From Anaerolineales bacterium UBA3499 (lineage in GTDB: Bacteria; Chloroflexota; Anaerolineae; Anaerolineales; UBA11657): DNA of 64,000 bases. Below, piece after piece: positions 10,195 through 19,223 of the stretch (the stretch's first letter is position 1; each line of letters opens with the position of its first letter). The position numbers and the translations under genes are program-made. The notes under the pieces are model-generated. The model ran no database searches. It had not been told where the DNA came from and saw only the letters and a program-made list of their open reading frames with translations. The stretch is from the NCBI GenBank assembly GCA_002377585.1, contig DFQC01000007.1, positions 2,706 through 66,705 on the forward strand. Reading direction: 5' to 3'.

Positions 10195-11160
10195 TTATTC
10201 TAATTGCAGTTTGCCGTTGCTGATAATACATTTCCCATCTAGTTCAACGGTAGGATTGAGCACCATGCCGTCAAGATGGATATTGCTAGTTACATTACCG
10301 CCCAGAACATGATTATCACCAATTGCGATATGAACCGAACCTTCTAGTTTTTTGTCTTCAGCGAGATTGCCAATAAGACGTGCTTTAGGATTAGTGCCAA
10401 TTGCAAATTCTGCTATATTGTTTGCATCTTTGTCAGACCGATCAATCATCTGTTTCAACATTTGTGCTGACTGGCCACCTTCTATTGATGCTACTCGTCC
10501 TTTGACGACTGTTAAATGAATAGGTTCGTCAAGCAGACCTAGTCCATCCATAGAATGTTCGATTACCAGATTTCCTTCCGTTGTTTCCTCTGCTGGACTA
10601 ATGGCTGTTTCTCCATCTGGCATAGCAGCAAATGTGCCAGGACCTTTTACAATGCCATCCAATATGTGCGGAGTCCGATTGTCGATACTCATTACCAGAT
10701 CTGTGCCAGCATCGGTGCTGACATGAGCTTGTTTGGCTTGTCCCATAAACTCTGCTACTTTCTGGCAAGTGATAGCAATATCTTTGTAGTTTGCGTTGAT
10801 AGCTCCATAAAGCATTAGGTCTTTTGTGATTCCTCTCAGCACTAATATTCTGCTGCCAGCTTGCATAGCATCTCTGGTAGCATCAGTGTGTGTCATGGCA
10901 TGCGTCACTACTTGAAAAACCACATCAGATTTCATCATGGCGGCACTGATAATATTTGATACCTCGCTACCATGTTGTTGGCGAGGAGCCATTACCACCA
11001 GTATAGGGTCACTGTTATATTCATTTGCTACATCTCTAAAAACATTTGCCAATGGCAGTCGTTCAGTATCGGTAACGACACAAACACTTTCACCATTTTG
11101 AAGATGCATACTTTCCGACATTAGTCTGTTTACTACTTCATAAAGTTTTGGATCATTCAT
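10195..11160 (-). CDS. M29 (aminopeptidase T/S)-like metalloprotein, short form
   Basis: The C-terminal segments EGSVHIAIGDN and SNIHLDGMV resemble M29 metal-binding segments. NicX-type ring-cleavage dioxygenases share this fold, and I cannot tell the two apart by eye. Confidence 0.45.
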   Translation of the reverse strand: MNDPKLYEVVNRLMSESMHLQNGESVCVVTDTERLPLANVFRDVANEYNSDPILVVMAPRQQHGSEVSNIISAAMMKSDVVFQVVTHAMTHTDATRDAMQAGSRILVLRGITKDLMLYGAINANYKDIAITCQKVAEFMGQAKQAHVSTDAGTDLVMSIDNRTPHILDGIVKGPGTFAAMPDGETAISPAEETTEGNLVIEHSMDGLGLLDEPIHLTVVKGRVASIEGGQSAQMLKQMIDRSDKDANNIAEFAIGTNPKARLIGNLAEDKKLEGSVHIAIGDNHVLGGNVTSNIHLDGMVLNPTVELDGKCIISNGKLQLE

Positions 11161-11230
11161 TGTGGTTATTTTACATCCTTATTGTTGAGTTGCTCATAAC
11201 AGATTGTGGAATTGACAATTTGCTTGTGCG

Positions 11231-12565
11231 CTAATCACGAGCATATTGCCTTAGTTGTTTTTTGCCTCTGTCAACTATTTTGTGTGCCCGTTTCTCAGCT
11301 TCATACAAGATTTGTTCTTCGTCAAGAGTCTTTAGTTCTCGATTCCGCATCAACCAATTTCCATTCACCATAACATCGCAAACATCGCTACCTTTTACAC
11401 AATGAACAATGTTGGCAACAATATTGTGGACTGGTCTGAGGTGCGGAGCATTCATATCTAGTAATATTAAATCAGCTGGAGCACCAACTTTTAGCATACC
11501 ATGGTCTGACATTCCTACTGCTTTTGCGCCAGCTTGAGTAGCCATACGTAACGCAGTATCTCCTGACACCATAGCTGGGTCAACCGTCTGATATTTGTGA
11601 ATAAGGGCAGTTTGTCTAATAACAGCGAACATATCCATATCCGCATTAGACCCAGGTCCATCTGTCCCTAAAGAGATTTGCACACCAGCATCAACACACT
11701 TTTGTATAGAAGGAAAAGGCATAGCTAGTTTCATGTAGGTAATGGGACAGTGAGGAACTATGACATTCTTGTTCACAAGTATTTCAATGTCTTTATCATC
11801 CACATGTAGTGTGTGCGCTGCGATAGTGACGTCTGGTAAATCGAAAATACCGAGTTTATCCAGATACTGGACTGGACTCAATTTGTATCGTGCAATAGAC
11901 TGATCTACTTGTTCCTTTGTTTCTGCAACATGTAGATGAATACCCTTTCCTAGCTCATGGGCAATTTCCACGGTTTTACGAAGAAAATCATCCGGGCATA
12001 AATATGGTGAATGTGGCCCAATATATGTTTTGATTTTACCCTTTGAAGTTTTATCAAGTTCTTTTATCCAATCTATAGTTTCATCAAGTCCTGATCCCAC
12101 TTCAGTATCTTCCCCCATGCCAAATACAGTCCATGTTAGAGCTGCCTTAAGACCGCTTTCTTGCACCGCGTCAGCTACACGATGCATATAAAAATATTTG
12201 TCATTATAGGCAACTGTACCTGAGCGAATCATTTCAGCTGCAGCTAGAGCGGCAGCCCAATAAACATCATCGGGTGTAATCCCACTTTCAGCAACCCAGA
12301 TGGCTTCGAGCCACTCAACAAATGGAAGATCCTCGGCCCATCCTCTCACCATATTCATTGGGCTGTGGCAATGGGAATTTACTAGTCCGGGCATAGCTAC
12401 TTTATTTGTGCAATCGACTGCAGTGCTAGCGAATTGATCGTTTTCGGAATTGCCTATTTCCGTTATGATGCCATTTTCGACTACTAATGTAACGTTTTTG
12501 TGAATAGTCCCTTTTTCATCAAGTGTTATTACATCAATATTGCTAAGAGATGTTCTATTAGTCAT
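11231..12565 (-). CDS. Amidohydrolase-superfamily deaminase (MtaD/SsnA/TRZ-ATZ, guanine-deaminase-like group)
   Basis: PGLVNSHCHSPMNMVRG (HxH), HLHVAETKEQV, and GTDGPGSN. 444 aa. Confidence 0.75.
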   Translation of the reverse strand: MTNRTSLSNIDVITLDEKGTIHKNVTLVVENGIITEIGNSENDQFASTAVDCTNKVAMPGLVNSHCHSPMNMVRGWAEDLPFVEWLEAIWVAESGITPDDVYWAAALAAAEMIRSGTVAYNDKYFYMHRVADAVQESGLKAALTWTVFGMGEDTEVGSGLDETIDWIKELDKTSKGKIKTYIGPHSPYLCPDDFLRKTVEIAHELGKGIHLHVAETKEQVDQSIARYKLSPVQYLDKLGIFDLPDVTIAAHTLHVDDKDIEILVNKNVIVPHCPITYMKLAMPFPSIQKCVDAGVQISLGTDGPGSNADMDMFAVIRQTALIHKYQTVDPAMVSGDTALRMATQAGAKAVGMSDHGMLKVGAPADLILLDMNAPHLRPVHNIVANIVHCVKGSDVCDVMVNGNWLMRNRELKTLDEEQILYEAEKRAHKIVDRGKKQLRQYARD

Positions 12566-12587
12566 AAGTATAAACCTAACATCTGTA

Positions 12588-13829
12588 TTATTGTTTAGCT
12601 GCTTCTAGCTTTTTGCAGTCAATGAGATAACTCTCTGCAATAGCAGCATACATTGCAACTGTGTTGGTGAGACTGTCGATTTGAACCCATTCATTAGCTG
12701 CATGTGCATTACCACCTGTTGGTCCAAAACCACACAAAGTGGGAATGCCCGAGTTGATTAGCATATAACCTTCATTGGCAGGACCAGCTCCAACAGCCTC
12801 CCATTTTCTGTCAGTTGCTCTTTGTGCTACATCAATAGCTATAGATACTAAGGGATGATTATCTTCTAAAGCTACTGCTGGTAAACTGTTTTTTACTCTC
12901 AGTTCCACCTTGAGTCCGGGCCGTATTTTCATTTCATGATTCACCAACAAGTTTATTTGCTCAAGAACAATGTTGGGATCCTGACCTGGCAACAATCTGA
13001 TATCTACAATTGCTGCAGCATTGGCTGGTACCACACTCTCAAACTCACCACCTTTGAATATAGTTCCTGGAGTTACCACATTGCGCAGATTGCCAAATGC
13101 TGGATGAGGTGGTGCATCGATAGTTGTAGCTTCAAGCTTGAGCAAAATAGCTGCCAATCCAGTGACTGCATTCGTACCTTCTATGCCGTCATTCCATTCT
13201 TGGCCACCGGTATGTACTGATTTACCAGTTGTTGCTATCTCCAATCTCAGTAGACCGCGGTGTCCAATACAGACTACATCGCTAGCATACGTATATATTG
13301 CTCCTTTAGCTTGAATCAGGTTATTGTCCAAAAGATGCCTTACACCAATATTGCTTGTGGCACCAGATTCTTCATCAGAAACCGCAGCCAAAGTTATCTT
13401 AATATTCTTATTGTCAATAAGACGCAAATCTTTCATCATGGAAATAGCGTATAGGGCACAGGCTGCTCCAGCTTTGTTGTCAGCTGTACCACGACCGTAA
13501 ATTCGACCGTCGCGCTTGGTAGGTTTGAATGGAGGAGATGACCAGGCTTCCTCTGTTCCGGCAGCTACAGTGTCCATGTGAGCAACGAACAGGAATTCAA
13601 ATGGCCCTTCACCATGACTTATCAAAACGTTGGGCCTGTTCTTATCTAAAGCTTCTACTTGTGATTGGAGATTAAGTTTATGTGCTTCTTCTGCTATACG
13701 ATTCGCAGTATCTTTCTCGCTGTTTGATCCATTGACGGATTTTAAAGAAACCAGTTCGTCCAGAAAACTTACTATATTATCTTCTAGGGATTGGGCAGAT
13801 GATTGCAGCTTTTTAAGCGGTGTTAGCAT
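12588..13829 (-). CDS. M20-family metallohydrolase (ArgE/DapE/acylase-like)
   Basis: FVAHMDTV, GTADNKAG and VSDEESG motifs. It is separated by 3 nt from the upstream nucleoside hydrolase gene. Confidence 0.75.
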   Translation of the reverse strand: MLTPLKKLQSSAQSLEDNIVSFLDELVSLKSVNGSNSEKDTANRIAEEAHKLNLQSQVEALDKNRPNVLISHGEGPFEFLFVAHMDTVAAGTEEAWSSPPFKPTKRDGRIYGRGTADNKAGAACALYAISMMKDLRLIDNKNIKITLAAVSDEESGATSNIGVRHLLDNNLIQAKGAIYTYASDVVCIGHRGLLRLEIATTGKSVHTGGQEWNDGIEGTNAVTGLAAILLKLEATTIDAPPHPAFGNLRNVVTPGTIFKGGEFESVVPANAAAIVDIRLLPGQDPNIVLEQINLLVNHEMKIRPGLKVELRVKNSLPAVALEDNHPLVSIAIDVAQRATDRKWEAVGAGPANEGYMLINSGIPTLCGFGPTGGNAHAANEWVQIDSLTNTVAMYAAIAESYLIDCKKLEAAKQ

Positions 13830-13832
13830 TTT

Positions 13833-14813
13833 TCAAGAAAGCGCTCTTTCTACTATCTGCAAGAATTTCTCTGTAGATATCTCAGTCACCAAATTTGCGT
13901 TTGGTGTTTTGCCACTAAAACCCATCCAATCCACCATTGATTGGCCGCGAGACAGTCCAGATGCAGTTTCAACTGTGACGTATCGCTGTTCAGATCTTGT
14001 GATGACATCTGATTCAAGAACTACTGCTATTGCTATTGGATCTGGAGCATAAAATATCCTTTCTCCAGCAGAACCTTCTACGCTGTAGCCTTCCTCTTTG
14101 CTTACTAAAAAGCTTTCTATGCTGGCCAGCGTTTTTCTTGAAATCTTTTCAAAAAATTTAGCTCGCTTTGAATCTATAGCAAACAATCTGCTGAGATTAT
14201 TTGCATCAATTGGGTGAGCTAGACTTATCTCCCAGTCAACAATTGTAACCATCGGCCATCTAGATAGCACCATTCTAGCTGCTTCGGGATCACGATAGAA
14301 GTTGTATTCCGCAGTGTAATTGCTAGTGTTGCCTTGGGCTCTTATGGCACCACCCATTATGGTTAAGCTACGATATTTTTCTGGTAAGCTAGGGTCAAGC
14401 ATTAGTGCCACAGCTATGTTTGTTAATGGACCTAATGCTACAAGGTCTAGTGCCCCTGCATATTTGTTCCCATATGAACATATGGCTTCAGCTGCGTGAC
14501 CATTTACAGGCTCAATCGATGCTGGTGGAATATCAGCGTCACCAATGCAGTCACCAAGACCATCGTTGCCATGAAACCCTGCTGCGTCTTCAACTGGATT
14601 ATCTAGCAGTGAATCACCACAACCCACGTATATTGGTGCATCTATATCTAATATCTCAACCAATTTGCATGCATTTTCAGTAGTGTGTTCTAGATCTACG
14701 TTGCCAGCAACAGTAGTAATAGCTTTTATTTCTGTGTCGGGATGTGCGCTGGCCATCATAATGGCTAGAGCATCGTCGACACCAGGATCTGTATCTATTA
14801 GTAAGGTTTTCAT
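13833..14813 (-). CDS. Nucleoside hydrolase NH1 (IUNH family)
   Basis: N-terminal [12 protein letters not shown] (DxDxxxDD) and GPLTNIA. The position of the leaving-group His reads YAPDPIAIA, so His is replaced by Pro. Confidence 0.85.
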   Translation of the reverse strand: MKTLLIDTDPGVDDALAIMMASAHPDTEIKAITTVAGNVDLEHTTENACKLVEILDIDAPIYVGCGDSLLDNPVEDAAGFHGNDGLGDCIGDADIPPASIEPVNGHAAEAICSYGNKYAGALDLVALGPLTNIAVALMLDPSLPEKYRSLTIMGGAIRAQGNTSNYTAEYNFYRDPEAARMVLSRWPMVTIVDWEISLAHPIDANNLSRLFAIDSKRAKFFEKISRKTLASIESFLVSKEEGYSVEGSAGERIFYAPDPIAIAVVLESDVITRSEQRYVTVETASGLSRGQSMVDWMGFSGKTPNANLVTEISTEKFLQIVERALS

Positions 14814-14873
14814 TAGGTTTCTCCTGTATTAGGTGTCATCTCGATCATAGTTCTTTCTTGTGCACTAGAGATG

Positions 14874-15875
14874 TTAACCGAACAATTCGAGTATCTGGTC
14901 TGTTTCGCGCTTGTTCTTATCTTGACTGTTTATGGAAGCAAGGTATGCAATTAGTTCCTCTGTGCCTGGCAGCTTGGTGCCAGCTCCCCATACTGTGGTG
15001 GCAAGTGCGCCAAGTACATTAGCAAGCATACCGGTTGCTCTAATATCTATTTTGGATAGCCACCCCAAAATTATCCCAGCTGTGAATGTGTCGCCCGCCC
15101 CAGTTGTATCAATGGTCTTTACCTTATACGATGGTAGCGTTATACATTCGTCTGAATTAGCCAAGACACATCCTTTACCACCCAATTTTACCGCTACTAG
15201 TTCTGGTCCCTGGGATAGGATTTTCTGAGCTATAGTGTGAGGATCACTGTGGTCAACCAAATAACAGGCCTCTTCATATCCTAAAATACATATATTGAGC
15301 TTCGGTATTACTGCACGGATATCTGAGGTGCTGTCAAACACTGGTCTAATGCTAGTGTCCATACTTATAGGAATATCATTTGATTGCGCAATATCTATAG
15401 CATTCAGCAATGTAGGTCTATTCGAAGAGCGAGTTAAAGGGTGGCCGGTAACCTGTAGCATATCTGTGTTAGATATTATGTGAAGTGGGAATTTATGAGT
15501 GTTATCCCAAATGTTGGCGCCCCATGCATTGAAAAAAGTTCGTTCTCCTCCTTTGCTTACTACAGCAAAATTAAGTCCTGTTTTTACTCCTGGTAGTACG
15601 GATACTCCTGATATGTCTACTCCGGTTTGCCTAAAAGCTTTAGCTGCTAAATTCCCCCAGTTGTCGTCCCCAATACAACCTATGAGCTTAGCGGTTACGC
15701 CGAGCTTAGATAGTGCGATTGCAGTATTGCCTACAACTCCACCAGTTTCAACACTATATGAGGGGGCCCCGGCATCATCTCCCTCTTGAGGATATTTATC
15801 TATAGGCATCGTGACATCTACATTTATAGGCCCTAGTAGACACACACTTGCTGGTAAGCGAAGTTTGGGTGTCAT
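14874..15875 (-). CDS. PfkB/ribokinase-family kinase K1
   Basis: DTTGAGDTFTAG anion-hole/catalytic motif and an N-terminal GPINVD sugar-lid region. It overlaps the upstream TrpF-like gene by 4 nt. Confidence 0.8.
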   Translation of the reverse strand: MTPKLRLPASVCLLGPINVDVTMPIDKYPQEGDDAGAPSYSVETGGVVGNTAIALSKLGVTAKLIGCIGDDNWGNLAAKAFRQTGVDISGVSVLPGVKTGLNFAVVSKGGERTFFNAWGANIWDNTHKFPLHIISNTDMLQVTGHPLTRSSNRPTLLNAIDIAQSNDIPISMDTSIRPVFDSTSDIRAVIPKLNICILGYEEACYLVDHSDPHTIAQKILSQGPELVAVKLGGKGCVLANSDECITLPSYKVKTIDTTGAGDTFTAGIILGWLSKIDIRATGMLANVLGALATTVWGAGTKLPGTEELIAYLASINSQDKNKRETDQILELFG

Positions 15876-16546
15876 GTACTAGTATTACCTCTTGCAGCCT
15901 CACAGAAATTGGCAATGCGAACCATGTCTTTACGTACTTTATCCCCTTCAATATTGGTAGATGTGTTGCTATCTACTCCCCATGGCTGTACTGTCTGGAT
16001 TGCCTCGAGTACATTCTCACTAGAGAGTCCACCAGCCAATATCACAGGACATTTGACCTTTTCGACTATTTTCTTGCTGATATTCCAATCGTGTGTTTTC
16101 CCAGTGGCGCCTACTCCGGGCAATCCAGAAACTTTTGTGTCCAGTAAGAGATAGTCGCATGTAGTGGAGAATGCTTCAGCAAGGTCGATACTATTGTTAC
16201 CTTCGACTGGCAGTGCCTTCATTAATTGTGTCTGTGAGCCTAGCCTGATCCGTAAATCTCTCATAGCTTGTACATCCAAATCAAAAGGATCAGTTGATAT
16301 ATGTACTATGTCGGGTCTCACGAATTGTGCCATGGCCACAATTTCTTCAATGTCAGTAGACATAGTTAGTGCAACGGAAGTGCTAATTCCGCTTACGGCA
16401 TTTACAATGCTAGCAGATGTTTCCAGACTAAGTTCACCATACACTTTGCCGTAATCTCCAGCTACGAATCCAATTTGATCCACACCTAGATTTGCAGCGG
16501 TAATAGCATCCTTAGCGTTTGAGAAAGCATAAATTTGAATAATCAT
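15872..16546 (-). CDS. TrpF-like (phosphoribosylanthranilate isomerase fold) protein A
   Basis: GATGKTHDW, PVILAGGLSSENV and YLLLDT are TrpF-like. The N-terminus reads MIIQIYAFS where TrpF has K-I-C-G, so the general-base Cys is replaced by Tyr. No trp genes are nearby. Confidence 0.65.
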   Translation of the reverse strand: MIIQIYAFSNAKDAITAANLGVDQIGFVAGDYGKVYGELSLETSASIVNAVSGISTSVALTMSTDIEEIVAMAQFVRPDIVHISTDPFDLDVQAMRDLRIRLGSQTQLMKALPVEGNNSIDLAEAFSTTCDYLLLDTKVSGLPGVGATGKTHDWNISKKIVEKVKCPVILAGGLSSENVLEAIQTVQPWGVDSNTSTNIEGDKVRKDMVRIANFCEAARGNTST

Positions 16547-16698
16547 GAATAATTGTATTGTCAGTATTTACTTATGTATTATACTTGTGCTCCAGAATTT
16601 GCTTCTCGATTGTTATCTGAAATTGTTCTCTTACCAACATCAAATTTAAGTTTGTGTGTGAGTGAAAAGTTGGAGTAGAGATAATCATCATGTTATAA

Positions 16699-16776
16699 GT
16701 ACAACAATTGCGCGAACGTTCGTTGGCGGATATCTTACTAACCCAATCGGATAGTTATCACAGTCAATAGTTGTAC
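16699..16776 (+). promoter_or_regulatory. Inverted repeat plus palindrome in the divergent control region
   Basis: The arms gtacaacaattg (16699..16710) and caatagttgtac (16765..16776) match in 11/12 positions as an inverted repeat. The perfect palindrome cgaacgttcg (16713..16722) lies between them. The right arm abuts the AAGGAG Shine-Dalgarno sequence of the GTG start at 16791. Confidence 0.3.
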
Positions 16777-16790
16777 AAAGGAGTATTAAA

Positions 16791-17756
16791 GTGAGCACTA
16801 AGATTATCATGGATGTAGATACAGGTACAGATGATGCGGTAGCTATTATGACTGCAGCATTATCTCCTGACATTGATCTGTTAGGTATCACCACAGTTAA
16901 TGGCAACTGTCCAGTAGAGATATGTACAGAGAATACTCTCCGGGTTGTTGACCATATAGGTGCAAAAATCCCTGTCTATCATGGTTGTAGCTTACCTTTG
17001 TCTGCTACCTTAACTCCTGGTAGAAAACCAAACATACCTGCTGTAGAACCACACACCATTCATGGTCATTATCTTGATTTACCTGCTGCTAGTTCAAAAA
17101 AGCAAGGTGCTACTGCAGTTGAGTGGCTGGTTAATACGTACTTAGAGTCAGATGGCGATATAAGCTTGGTACCAGTTGGTCCACTAACAAATGTTGCGAT
17201 GGCGATACGACAGGCTCCTGAAATATTGGATAAGATTCCGGAGATAGTAATCATGGGTGGCGGGCACCATGTTGCAAATTGCACTTCATCTGCGGAATTT
17301 AATATCTGGGTAGATCCTGAAGCAGCCCGTGTTGTTATGAATTGTGGTCGTCCTATTAGATTAGTAACACTTGATGCAACACACGAAGCATTGTTTACAA
17401 TGGAAACATGTGACGCTTTGAAAAAAATAGGGACCCCAGCTGCTGTTTGTGCTGCGGCTTTTGCTGAGGTTCGTATTTCTGCTTATGATAAAGCGCAGCC
17501 CATGGCATCAGCTGGAAGCGCTCCTATCCATGACGCCTTAGCAGTATGTGCAATTATTAATCCCGAAGTGATATCGACTGTATATGCACATGTCGATGTT
17601 GAGACTATGGGTGAGTTAACGGATGGTCGTACGGTAGTTGACATCGATCGATCTGGTGACCGAGGTCGTCGACCTCCAAATGCTCATGTTGCATTGCATG
17701 CAGACGAAGAGCTTTTCGTTGAAATGATGTTGGATATTTTATCTAATGAGATCTGA
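16791..17756 (+). CDS. Nucleoside hydrolase NH2 (IUNH family)
   Basis: DVDTGTDDAVAI, GPLTNVA, and the catalytic-His context APIHDALAV. GTG start with an AAGGAG Shine-Dalgarno sequence. Confidence 0.85.
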   Translation: MSTKIIMDVDTGTDDAVAIMTAALSPDIDLLGITTVNGNCPVEICTENTLRVVDHIGAKIPVYHGCSLPLSATLTPGRKPNIPAVEPHTIHGHYLDLPAASSKKQGATAVEWLVNTYLESDGDISLVPVGPLTNVAMAIRQAPEILDKIPEIVIMGGGHHVANCTSSAEFNIWVDPEAARVVMNCGRPIRLVTLDATHEALFTMETCDALKKIGTPAAVCAAAFAEVRISAYDKAQPMASAGSAPIHDALAVCAIINPEVISTVYAHVDVETMGELTDGRTVVDIDRSGDRGRRPPNAHVALHADEELFVEMMLDILSNEI

Positions 17757-17827
17757 ATGTTCGCATTTATGTTTATTGCGGACCTACAAAAATATATAAG
17801 CATAAGTTTTGGAGGCGATGTTGCATT

Positions 17828-18676
17828 ATGAGCACTAAAGATAAGAATAGCAAAGTACGTGTCAGAGGTGAGAGTTCGATTAATCCTGGAATATTTACTG
17901 GCAAGAAATTGGTGTATGGGATGATACATTTGCTACCACTGCCAGGGACCCCATTTTATCAGTCTGGAAATGTAGAAAAGTCGCTCGAAAAAGCTATTGC
18001 TGATGTAAAGGCATTAATTGCTGGCGGTGCTGATGGTTGTGTTGTTCAGACTATTGACCAAATCTATCCAGTGGGTCAAGATGTGGACCCTGCTAGACTT
18101 GCTGCGTTTGCCATCATAGTGAAAGCAGTCAAAGAACATAGCCCTAAAGATTTCCATGTAGGTGTACAGATCCTATGGAATGCATTGGAAGCTTCCTTGG
18201 CTGTAGCAAAAATATGTGGTGGTGTGTTTGTTCGATCTAATGCACTTGTAGGCTCTACAATGACTGCTGCTGGTGTGGCTGAATCAGACCCTATTAGCCT
18301 TGTCGAATACAGAAATAAGATTGATGCACATGATGTGTCATTGTTGGCGGAAATTGAGAGTATGCATTTTAGTTGGTTGAACGGTAAGCCACTTGTTGAT
18401 GTGGCAGCAGAGGCTATTAGAGTTGGTACAAATGGTGTGGAGATAGCTCATCCTGAAGAGGACGTTTGTTTGTCTATGATTGCCCAACTAAAAGACAAGT
18501 ATCCAGAGTTACCAGTTATTGTAGGTGGTCATACCAATCACGAAAATGCTGCCAGAATTTTAGCCCAAGCTGATGGGGCGCTTGTTGGGTCATGTTTTGA
18601 ACCTCAAGGTTGGGGTTCAAATGTAGACGCAAGTAAGGTGGCTGAATATGTTGATATAGTGAGTAATATTAGCTAA
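17828..18676 (+). CDS. BtpA/SgcQ-family TIM-barrel protein
   Basis: YGMIHLLPLPGTPFY is the hallmark N-terminal segment of the BtpA family. 282 aa. Confidence 0.7.
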   Translation: MSTKDKNSKVRVRGESSINPGIFTGKKLVYGMIHLLPLPGTPFYQSGNVEKSLEKAIADVKALIAGGADGCVVQTIDQIYPVGQDVDPARLAAFAIIVKAVKEHSPKDFHVGVQILWNALEASLAVAKICGGVFVRSNALVGSTMTAAGVAESDPISLVEYRNKIDAHDVSLLAEIESMHFSWLNGKPLVDVAAEAIRVGTNGVEIAHPEEDVCLSMIAQLKDKYPELPVIVGGHTNHENAARILAQADGALVGSCFEPQGWGSNVDASKVAEYVDIVSNIS

Positions 18677-18752
18677 TATAGATGATGGATAGATTTTATG
18701 CTTACTAAGCATAGTTTGTGGTCGTGGAAAACACCAGTAAAAGAGGGCTGAT

Positions 18753-19169
18753 ATGGATGTAACTGTAGCTCTAGCTGTAGTAGCAATGATTGGAATGGGG
18801 ATTAATTCTTTCGGTAACAAACTAGGAGCTGCGCAAGGGGTTTATGCGCCTCCTTTTCTACTTATTATAAATATAATGTACTGTGTTGCGGCTCTAGTGC
18901 TTCATGTTGTTCAGAAACAACCATTTATAATATCATCGAAGATGATTGGTCTAGCTTTGTTAATTGGTTTATGTGGATCTATAAGTTACGTGAGTATGTT
19001 TACAGCATTTGAGTTAGGTGGAGAGGGCAGCATACTGTTTCCGATCAGAGGATTATCGGTTGTAGTTGCTGTTGTACTATCGATACTCTTTTTTAAGGAG
19101 CCAGTGACTCTTAATCGTCTGTTGGGATTAACTTTAGGTGTCAGTTCGATATTGATATTGTCACGCTGA
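18753..19169 (+). CDS. Half-size DMT/EamA-like membrane transporter (138 aa), paralog of 42..458
   Basis: Same length and same motif positions as 42..458 (FELGGEGSI, FFKEPVT, ...LILSR). Confidence 0.6.
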   Translation: MDVTVALAVVAMIGMGINSFGNKLGAAQGVYAPPFLLIINIMYCVAALVLHVVQKQPFIISSKMIGLALLIGLCGSISYVSMFTAFELGGEGSILFPIRGLSVVVAVVLSILFFKEPVTLNRLLGLTLGVSSILILSR

Positions 19170-19223
19170 ACAATGTTTTGTTGAATACATATACTAGGTG
19201 GTCAGTGTCACAGAGATAATCAA

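Noticed and set aside
17828-18676. Annotating the BtpA-family ORF as a photosystem I biogenesis factor
   Set aside because: No photosynthesis genes are present. The family name comes from cyanobacteria, and here the context (the SgcQ-like, sugar-phosphate barrel group) points to metabolism.
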